Below, piece after piece: positions 57,219-64,000 of a DNA stretch of 64,000 bases (positions within the stretch are counted from its first letter, which is position 1; every line of letters starts with the position of its first letter). The notes beneath the pieces are model-generated. The model worked only from the letters and a program-made list of their open reading frames with translations. It was not told the DNA's origin and did not search any database. Position numbers and translations under genes: made by a program. This stretch comes from Oscillospiraceae bacterium (lineage in GTDB: Bacteria > Bacillota > Clostridia > Oscillospirales > Oscillospiraceae), in assembly GCA_017521485.1 (NCBI GenBank), contig JAFXCL010000028.1, positions 23,506-87,505 on the forward strand. The letters are read 5' to 3'.

Positions 57219-59189
57219 ATGAAATACAAGCTTTTGCAGTATGACCCGCAATTACTCCCCTTTCAGGATGATATCCGCCTGCGGATGCAGCGGTATGAAG
57301 AAAAAACAAAGGCACTGCTGCCCGGGGATATGACACTGTCGGATTTTGCAAATGGCAGTGCCTACTTCGGCTTTCATAAGGTAAGAAACGGCTGGTACTA
57401 CCGGGAGTGGGCGCCCGGCGCGGAAAAAATGTACCTGACCGGTGATTTTTGCGGCTGGGATCGCTACGCCTACCCTATGAAGAAAAAGCGCGGCGGCGTA
57501 TTCGAGGTGTTTTTGCGGGGGAGAAAGACCCTGCAGGACGGCATGAAGGTCATGGCGATCGTAGTCCGGGAGGGTCAGGAACTAGAGCGCATCCCCCTCT
57601 ATGCCCGCCGGGTGGTGCAGGATGCGCAGACAAACGCCTGGAACGGCGTGATTTACGACCCGGAGGAAGAATTTAAGTGGACCGATCACGCCTTTGTGCC
57701 GGAAAAAGAGCTGTTTATTTACGAATGTCACATCGGAATGGCACAGGAGGAAGGGGCAGTTGGTACTTACGACCAGTTCCGGGAAAATATCCTGCCCCGT
57801 ATAAAAGAACTAGGCTATAACACCCTGCAGATCATGGCGATCATGGAGCACCCCTACTATGCCTCCTTTGGCTATCAGGTCACCAATTTCTTCGCCGCAT
57901 CCTCCCGGTTCGGACGGCCGGAGAGCCTGAAAAAGCTGATCGACACGGCTCACCAAATGGGCATTGCGGTGCTTTTGGATGTGGTCCACTCCCACGCCAG
58001 TAAGAACACCCGGGAGGGCATCAATGAATTTGACGGCACACCCTGGCAGTTTTTCCACGCCGGCCCCCGGGGGGATCATTCTGCCTGGGATACCAAGTGC
58101 TTTGACTACGATAAAAACGAAGTGCTCCACTTCCTGCTCAGCAATCTGAAATTCTGGCAGACGGAGTATCACTTCGACGGCTTCCGGTTCGACGGCGTTA
58201 CCTCTATGCTCTATCAGGATCATGGCCTGGGCACCGCTTTTACGGACTACGGAAAGTATTTTTCTATGAATACAGACACGGCGGCAGTGACCTATTTGCA
58301 GCTGGCCAGCACCCTTGCCCGGCAGGTGAATCCCAATGCCATTTTGATCGCAGAGGACACCTCTGCCCTGCCCGGTCTGTGTCTGCCCATATCCCAGGGG
58401 GGCGTGGGCTTCGATTACCGACTTGCAATGGGTGAGCCGGATATGTGGATCAAACTTCTAAAGGAAGTGCCGGACGAGTACTGGGATCTAAACAGCATTT
58501 ACTATGAGCTGTCCATCCGCCGCCCCCAGGAAAAGGTGATCGGCTACTGCGAATCCCACGATCAGGCGCTGGTGGGCGACAAGACCATTATGTTCCGCCT
58601 GTGTGACAAGGAAATGTACTATGCCATGCACAAGGATCAGGGAAACCTTGCGATCGACCGGGGTATGGCGCTGCATAAAATGCTGCGGCTTATTACCATG
58701 AGCTTGGGCGGCGAGGGGTATCTGACCTTTATGGGTAACGAGTTCGGACATCCGGAGTGGATCGATTTCCCCAGAGAGGGAAACGGCTGGAGCTACCATT
58801 ATTGCCGCCGGCAGTGGAGCCTTGCAGACGATCCGGACCTGAAATACAAGTACCTGAATGCCTTTGAAAAGGATATGGTGCAGCTTGCCAAGGACTGCCG
58901 GGTGCTTGACAGTGCGGACAGGCAGCTATATCTGCACAACGATGATAAGGTGCTGGCGTATGAGAAAGGGGACGCAATTTTTGTGTTCAACTTCCATCCG
59001 GAAAAATCCTACGAGGGCTACCGGATGCCGGTACCCACACCGGGAGAATATCGGGTTGTTATGTCAACCGACGATTTCTGCTACGGCGGTCAGGGCAGAG
59101 TGTACCATCAGTCCTATTCGGCAGAGGATTCTTTCCAGCTGTATCTCCCCAGCCGAACAGCCACCGTTTTGAGAAAAGTTGACAATTGA
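57219..59189 (+). CDS. glgB: 1,4-alpha-glucan branching enzyme (GH13, eukaryote/Bacteroidetes-like type)
   Basis: YREWAP, YYASFGYQVTNFFA.SSRFG, FDGFRFDGVTSMLY, ESHDQALVGDKT and EFGHPEWIDFPR motifs. Confidence 0.9.
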   Translation: MKYKLLQYDPQLLPFQDDIRLRMQRYEEKTKALLPGDMTLSDFANGSAYFGFHKVRNGWYYREWAPGAEKMYLTGDFCGWDRYAYPMKKKRGGVFEVFLRGRKTLQDGMKVMAIVVREGQELERIPLYARRVVQDAQTNAWNGVIYDPEEEFKWTDHAFVPEKELFIYECHIGMAQEEGAVGTYDQFRENILPRIKELGYNTLQIMAIMEHPYYASFGYQVTNFFAASSRFGRPESLKKLIDTAHQMGIAVLLDVVHSHASKNTREGINEFDGTPWQFFHAGPRGDHSAWDTKCFDYDKNEVLHFLLSNLKFWQTEYHFDGFRFDGVTSMLYQDHGLGTAFTDYGKYFSMNTDTAAVTYLQLASTLARQVNPNAILIAEDTSALPGLCLPISQGGVGFDYRLAMGEPDMWIKLLKEVPDEYWDLNSIYYELSIRRPQEKVIGYCESHDQALVGDKTIMFRLCDKEMYYAMHKDQGNLAIDRGMALHKMLRLITMSLGGEGYLTFMGNEFGHPEWIDFPREGNGWSYHYCRRQWSLADDPDLKYKYLNAFEKDMVQLAKDCRVLDSADRQLYLHNDDKVLAYEKGDAIFVFNFHPEKSYEGYRMPVPTPGEYRVVMSTDDFCYGGQGRVYHQSYSAEDSFQLYLPSRTATVLRKVDN

Positions 59190-59197
59190 CAGTTGTG

Positions 59198-59264
59198 GTA
59201 GGGCGGGGGCTTGCTCCCGCCGAAGGAGATTGCCACGTCGCCTGACGGCTCCTCGCAATGACAC
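59198..59264. repeat. GTAG REP fused to a GTCAT-family half element
   Basis: GTAGGGCGGGGGC-TT-GCTCCCGCC then GGAGATTGCCACG...CTCGCAATGACAC. Confidence 0.7.
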
Positions 59265-59340
59265 AGAAAATCGATAGATGTACGCATTTAAGGATACAAT
59301 CATTTTGCATTAAAAAAGGACGCCTGTGGCGTCCTTTTTA

Positions 59341-60201
59341 TTATCTGTGTTCGCCCAAATAGAACAGTGCCAGTGTGCCGGGACCGGAGTGCGAGCCGAT
59401 CACCGCACCGGTATAGTAGATAAGAACCTCTTTGACACCGTACTTATCCTTCACCAGCTGGGCAAGATACTGGGCATCCTCCACACAGTCGCCGTGGCAG
59501 ATGAAAACCGTATCGTTTTCCCCGGGCAGACCGGTCTGACCCATTTTGTCCGCCAGTGCCTGAATGGATGCCTTTCGACCACGGGCTTTGGAGACATTGA
59601 TCAGGTGACCCTCGTCATCCACATGGAGCACCGGCTTGATCTGGAGCATTGTGCCAACCAGCGCTGTGGCGGCACTGACTCTGCCACCCCGCTTCAGGTA
59701 CATCAGATCGTCCACGGTAAACCAGTGGCACAGGTTTAATTTGTGGCTTTCGCACCAGGCGGTCACTTCCTCCAGGCTCATTCCCGCGTCACGCTTTTGG
59801 CAGGCGTACCACACCAGCAGACCCTGACCTAAAGAGGCGCACAGGGTGTCCACCACATTGACAGTCCGCTCCGGGTACTTTTCTTTCAGCTCGGTGGCGG
59901 CGATCACGGCGGACTGGTAGGTGGTGCTAAGACCGGAGGAGAACGCCAGCACCAGTGCATCCTCTCCGGATGCCAGCACAGGCTCGATCACACTTGCCCA
60001 GCCGTCGGGATTGGCGGCGGCGGTGGAGGCCAGCTCCCCTGCCCGCAGGCCTTCATACAGTTTTTTCAGAAAAGCTTCAGACAGATCGGTATGATCCGCA
60101 CCCTGATAGTGGAGGGTCAGAGGGATCATAGAAAGACCCAGATCGCCATACATAGCTTCGGGGAAATCACAGCAGGAATCGGTAATAATGCGATAAGACA
60201 T
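59341..60201 (-). CDS. DegV-family fatty-acid-binding protein
   Basis: IITDS, SSGLS.TY, VDT...SLG, YLKRGGRVS, IKPVL and IGSHSGPG motifs. Confidence 0.93.
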   Translation of the reverse strand: MSYRIITDSCCDFPEAMYGDLGLSMIPLTLHYQGADHTDLSEAFLKKLYEGLRAGELASTAAANPDGWASVIEPVLASGEDALVLAFSSGLSTTYQSAVIAATELKEKYPERTVNVVDTLCASLGQGLLVWYACQKRDAGMSLEEVTAWCESHKLNLCHWFTVDDLMYLKRGGRVSAATALVGTMLQIKPVLHVDDEGHLINVSKARGRKASIQALADKMGQTGLPGENDTVFICHGDCVEDAQYLAQLVKDKYGVKEVLIYYTGAVIGSHSGPGTLALFYLGEHR

Positions 60202-60383
60202 AAAAGAAACTCCTTAAAAATAACTTTACAACCTTTAGCGGCTGGAATATAATGGACTGTAGGCATATCTTACCACATTGCGGGCAAAAATACGAACCCT
60301 GCAAGTGAGAATTGGGAAAAAGCATGGAAACCGGCAGTGGAATTGGAACTCTACCGCCGGTAGAATTCCTTTGGAGGGCGCTT

Positions 60384-61556
60384 ATGACAAGGCTTTTGCT
60401 TCGGTTATTCGTAAAAAATTATGAGGATGTGGACTCTGCCCCGGTGCGGGCGCGGATCGGAAGGCTTTCCGGAACGACGGGCATTGTGTGCAATGTGCTC
60501 CTGTTTGCCCTGAAGCTGTTTGCAGGTCTGCTCAGCGGCTCTGTATCCATTATGGCAGACGCGGTGAACAATCTGTCCGATGCGGCAAGCTCTGTGGTGA
60601 CCCTGATCGGCTTTAAGCTGGCAGAAAAGCCGGCAGATAAGGACCACCCCTACGGTCACGCCCGGTATGAATATCTGTCCGGGCTTGCGGTGGCGGCGAT
60701 GATCATCGTGATCGGTGTGGAGCTGGGAAAATCCTCGGTGCAGAAGATCTTTAACCCCACCCCGGTGGATTTTTCCCTGACGGTGCTTCTTGTGCTGGTG
60801 GCGTCTATCGGCGTCAAGCTGTGGCTTTCCCTGTTTAACGGCAAGCTGGGCAAAAATATCAATTCCTCTGCCCTGCTGGCAGCTGCCGCAGACAGCCGCA
60901 ACGATGTGCTGGCAACCGCAGCAGTGCTGGCGGCAGGTCTTGTGGAGCACTTTACCAGCTGGCAGGTGGACGGCTATATGGGTCTGGCAGTTGCCCTGTT
61001 CATTCTCTACAGCGGCGCGACTATGGCAAAGGAGACCATCAGCCCCCTGCTGGGAGAAAATGCCAGCCCCCAGCTCCGGAATCTGATCGTAGAAACCTTG
61101 AAGTGCGAGCCGCTGGTGCTGGGCTATCACGATCTGATGGTCCACGATTACGGGCCCGGCCAGCGCTTTGCCAGCCTCCATGTGGAGATGGACCAGCGGG
61201 AAGACCCCCTCCTGTGCCACGAGATCATCGACGATATTGAGCGTGCCTGCCTGCGGGATCACAATGTGCACTTAGTGATCCACTACGATCCGGTGGCAGT
61301 GGGAGACCCAAAGACAGACGCCCTGCGGGCAGTGGTGGAGCAGACGGTCAAGGAGATGGATCAGCGGATGAGCCTCCACGATTTCCGGATGGTGCCGGGA
61401 AGCGGCCACACAAACCTTGTGTTCGATGTGGCGATCCCTATGGCTTGGAAAGGTCGGGAGGATACGGTCCGGCAGACCATTGACAGTGCGCTGGCGGCAC
61501 TGGAGCAGGGTACATACCACACGGTTATCACCTTCGACCCAGAGGACTTCAATTAA
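60384..61556 (+). CDS. Cation diffusion facilitator (CDF) transporter
   Basis: ADAVNNLSD, PADKDHPYGHARYE, DSRND and HDLMVHDYGP motifs. Confidence 0.92.
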   Translation: MTRLLLRLFVKNYEDVDSAPVRARIGRLSGTTGIVCNVLLFALKLFAGLLSGSVSIMADAVNNLSDAASSVVTLIGFKLAEKPADKDHPYGHARYEYLSGLAVAAMIIVIGVELGKSSVQKIFNPTPVDFSLTVLLVLVASIGVKLWLSLFNGKLGKNINSSALLAAAADSRNDVLATAAVLAAGLVEHFTSWQVDGYMGLAVALFILYSGATMAKETISPLLGENASPQLRNLIVETLKCEPLVLGYHDLMVHDYGPGQRFASLHVEMDQREDPLLCHEIIDDIERACLRDHNVHLVIHYDPVAVGDPKTDALRAVVEQTVKEMDQRMSLHDFRMVPGSGHTNLVFDVAIPMAWKGREDTVRQTIDSALAALEQGTYHTVITFDPEDFN

Positions 61557-61636
61557 ATCGGTCAGGAAAAAACACTGGACAGAAACCTTACTGACTGGTA
61601 TAATATAGAAAAATCAACAAAAGGGAGTGTGTCCCA

Positions 61637-62092
61637 ATGAAATGTCCGTTTTGCGGCGATCAGGAAAGCAAAGTGGTGGATTCCCGTCATTCTGAGGACG
61701 GCTTGAGCATCCGCCGCCGCCGGGAGTGCCTTGCCTGCCAGCGCCGGTTTACAACCTATGAGATCGTGGAAAGCTTGCCCATTATTGTGGTGAAGCGGGA
61801 TGGCACCCGTCAGGGCTTCGACCGGAATAAGATCCTCAATTCTATGGTCCGCGCCTTCGATAAGCGCCAGGTGACTATGGCGGAATTGGACAGGATCGCC
61901 ACGGAAATTGAGCAGACCATCCAGAACACCCTGGAGCGGGAGGTCAGCACCGATAAGATCGGCGAAATGGTCATGGAGCGCATCAAGCCTCTTGACGAGG
62001 TGGCATATATCCGCTTTGCCTCTGTGTACCGCCGGTTCCAGGATGTGCGCAGCTTCGTCCACGAGATCGAACAGTTTCTGGAAGAGAAATAA
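61637..62092 (+). CDS. nrdR: Transcriptional repressor NrdR
   Basis: MKCPFC, RRRREC..C..RFTTYE, ATP cone, VAYIRFASVY. Confidence 0.97.
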   Translation: MKCPFCGDQESKVVDSRHSEDGLSIRRRRECLACQRRFTTYEIVESLPIIVVKRDGTRQGFDRNKILNSMVRAFDKRQVTMAELDRIATEIEQTIQNTLEREVSTDKIGEMVMERIKPLDEVAYIRFASVYRRFQDVRSFVHEIEQFLEEK

Positions 62093-62101
62093 GGAGCAAA
62101 T

Positions 62102-62554
62102 ATGAATAAGATCACCGAATTGATAGATAGTCTGGATCTGTCCAAATTGGTGCCGGAGCTGGGCGGTCTTATGGGAAAAGCCGGCGCGGCTGCCAAATGG
62201 GCGGTTATGATCGGACCGCTGCTGCTGACGGTGCTTGGCCTGATCTATTTCTTCAAAGCCCCCAAGGAAGCCAATCACAGCTTTGGTTTCCGCACCTACT
62301 TTGGTATGGGCAGTGTGGAGGCATGGCGGTATACCCAGCGCATCGCAGGTCTGGTAATTGGCGCACTGGGCATTTTACTGACCGTCATTATGGGCATTAT
62401 CTGCCTGACCTGGGGCGGTAAGGATACCCTGCAGCTGCTGGATCAGGCAGTTGTCTGCCTGATCTGGGAAGTGGTACTGACGGCAGTGGCTTATGTGGGA
62501 ATTGTCTTACATATTTCTCTGCGGTACGACAAAGAGGGCAACCTGAGAAAATAA
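62102..62554 (+). CDS. SdpI-family membrane protein
   Basis: PKEAN..FGFRT...M.S.EAW.Y.QR; three TM helices. Confidence 0.75.
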   Translation: MNKITELIDSLDLSKLVPELGGLMGKAGAAAKWAVMIGPLLLTVLGLIYFFKAPKEANHSFGFRTYFGMGSVEAWRYTQRIAGLVIGALGILLTVIMGIICLTWGGKDTLQLLDQAVVCLIWEVVLTAVAYVGIVLHISLRYDKEGNLRK

Positions 62555-62603
62555 GAAAAAGCAACTGGTTTTCCAGTTGCTTTTTTAGTTGGCTGTTATC
62601 CTT

Positions 62604-62681
62604 GTAGGGGACGCCGCGAACTGCGTCCCGTATCCCGTTTTGCGCTTTTGGCGACGGGTCGTCGAGGGCGACGACCCCTAC
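62604..62681. repeat. Inverted pair of GTAG REP-like palindromes
   Basis: GTAGGGGACGC...GCGTCCC ... GGGTCGTCG...CGACGACCCCTAC, between two terminators. Confidence 0.78.
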
Positions 62682-62756
62682 GCACATATCCGCATCTGTG
62701 TACATTCCTTTTGCATAAAAAAGACCTGTTGCTTTTGCAACAGGTCTTTTGTTTCA

Positions 62757-62996
62757 TCAGATCTCTTTATACATCGTTACCGCGTCGTCCTTGCGGACAT
62801 TATCGGCAACCAGTGTTACCTCCACGGCTACGGTTCTCGGGCCCATAGCGATCTCGATCCGATCGCCGAGCTTTACCTCGTAGCTGGCTTTAACCACTCT
62901 ACCGTTGACACTAATACGGCCATTATCGCAGGCCTCGTTGGCAACGGTCCGGCGCTTGATCAGCCGGGAGACCTTCAGATACTTATCAAGACGCAT
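62757..62996 (-). CDS. S4-domain RNA-binding protein (YabO/RqcP-like)
   Basis: MRLDKYLKVSRLIKRRTVANEAC. Confidence 0.92.
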   Translation of the reverse strand: MRLDKYLKVSRLIKRRTVANEACDNGRISVNGRVVKASYEVKLGDRIEIAMGPRTVAVEVTLVADNVRKDDAVTMYKEI

Positions 62997-62997
62997 C

Positions 62998-63273
62998 TTA
63001 TTTTGCGATGATGTCCTTCAAAGTCTTGCTTGCCTTGAAAGCGGGCAGGCGGGTAGCGGGGATCTGGATGGTCTCCTTGGTGCGGGGGTTGCGGCCAATG
63101 CGCGCCTCGCGAGCCTTAACCTCGAAGATGCCGAAGCCGGAAACCTGAACCTTGTCGCCCTTAACCAGGCTCTCGGTAACGGTTTCGAAGGTGGCGTTGA
63201 TCACGCACTCGGCGTCCTTCTTGGTCAGACCGGTCTTTGCTGCAACGGCAGCGATGAGTTCTGTCTTGTTCAT
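62998..63273 (-). CDS. hup: DNA-binding protein HU
   Basis: MNKTELI, GFG.F, GRNPRT and PAFKA motifs. Confidence 0.96.
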   Translation of the reverse strand: MNKTELIAAVAAKTGLTKKDAECVINATFETVTESLVKGDKVQVSGFGIFEVKAREARIGRNPRTKETIQIPATRLPAFKASKTLKDIIAK

Positions 63274-63397
63274 AGTTAATTACCTCTTTTCCAAATATCT
63301 GGTACTTAGACAGTATCATATTTTCTGTTGAATTTCAAGGGTTTTTTGTGATTTTTTCAAAAAAAACCCAAGTTTTTTCCAATTAACTGTTAGTTTT

Positions 63398-64000
63398 TTA
63401 TAAATGGAGGATTTTTGCGATCCGATCCCCCTTGGGCAGGAGCTGACAATCCTCTTTTTTAATAGACTTAAACAGCACCACGCCTACGAAATAAACCACA
63501 ACGCCCACGATGATCGGGCCGCCGCAGAGGATCAAAGAGCTGGCATCTTCTCCCAAAAGCTTCATCAGGAGCAAGGAAGTGCCGTACACTGCGCCGCCCA
63601 TCAGCACTGCCGGCAGCACCGGCCGCAGGAGATTTTTCAGCAGGGCGGGCTTTTGGGGCACAAGCCTCCGGATGGCAAATAGATTCAGCACTGCAATGCC
63701 GCTGTAGCCTAAGAGCGCGCCAATGGGTGCGCCCAGAATGCCAATGGCAGGATTTCCCACCAGAATATACACCAACGCAAGCTTTATGATGCCGCACAGG
63801 AGCATATTGATCACCGGCACATGGGCATAGCCGTGGGACTGCAGGAGGGCATTGGTGTACTGAATGATCGCGTACATAAAAATGCTGATGCCTAACAGGG
63901 CAAGGAGCTGTCCGCCCAGCACCAGATCGCTTCCGGTGTAGCCGCCCAGCAAAGCCATAACGGGCTGACCCAGCACAAACAGACCAACTGTACAAGGCAG
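63398..64000 (-). CDS. MOP-superfamily flippase / polysaccharide biosynthesis protein (YabM/SpoVB-like), 3' part
   Basis: Multi-TM; LQ..G....PVIN, GI.GA.IG, LPKG..IA..L tail; upstream of hup-yabO. Confidence 0.75.
   Translation of the reverse strand: MPCTVGLFVLGQPVMALLGGYTGSDLVLGGQLLALLGISIFMYAIIQYTNALLQSHGYAHVPVINMLLCGIIKLALVYILVGNPAIGILGAPIGALLGYSGIAVLNLFAIRRLVPQKPALLKNLLRPVLPAVLMGGAVYGTSLLLMKLLGEDASSLILCGGPIIVGVVVYFVGVVLFKSIKKEDCQLLPKGDRIAKILHL

Noticed and set aside
62102-62554. SdpI-like gene as part of a toxin/immunity system
   Set aside because: No toxin, sdpAB or sdpR-like genes nearby; orphan membrane protein after nrdR

Overview
Core-chromosome window around the replication origin of an anaerobic, probably spore-forming Firmicute (Clostridia; gene content suggests Oscillospiraceae/Ruminococcaceae, which is an inference). 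It contains dnaA-oriC-dnaN-yaaA-recF-gyrB-gyrA-rnhA-remB on the minus strand, with DnaA boxes and DnaA-trios. Other housekeeping content: pckA divergent from a Na+-pumping oxaloacetate decarboxylase operon, pta, rpsF-ssb-rpsR with an S6:S18 leader, a yybP-ykoY riboswitch before a Ca2+/Na+ antiporter, a nucleoside salvage cluster, dnaD/dnaC-like genes, guaB, nfnAB, parAB flanked by two perfect parS sites, sporulation genes, glgB, nrdR and hup. I saw no tRNA, rRNA, CRISPR, transposase or prophage. The best candidate for an undescribed system is a two-gene operon in the slot normally held by rpmH, divergent from dnaA: a signal-peptide-less ParB/Srx-like + BMP nucleoside-binding fusion protein coupled to a metallophosphoesterase. 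Also notable: a 168-bp element predicted to fold into stacked four-way junctions, a remote DnaA-box cluster, several families of intergenic palindromic repeats (some supplying stop codons to core genes), a 47-aa Cys-rich ORF missing from the ORF track, and a eukaryote/Bacteroidetes-type branching enzyme. All product calls come from motif recognition by eye, not database searches.
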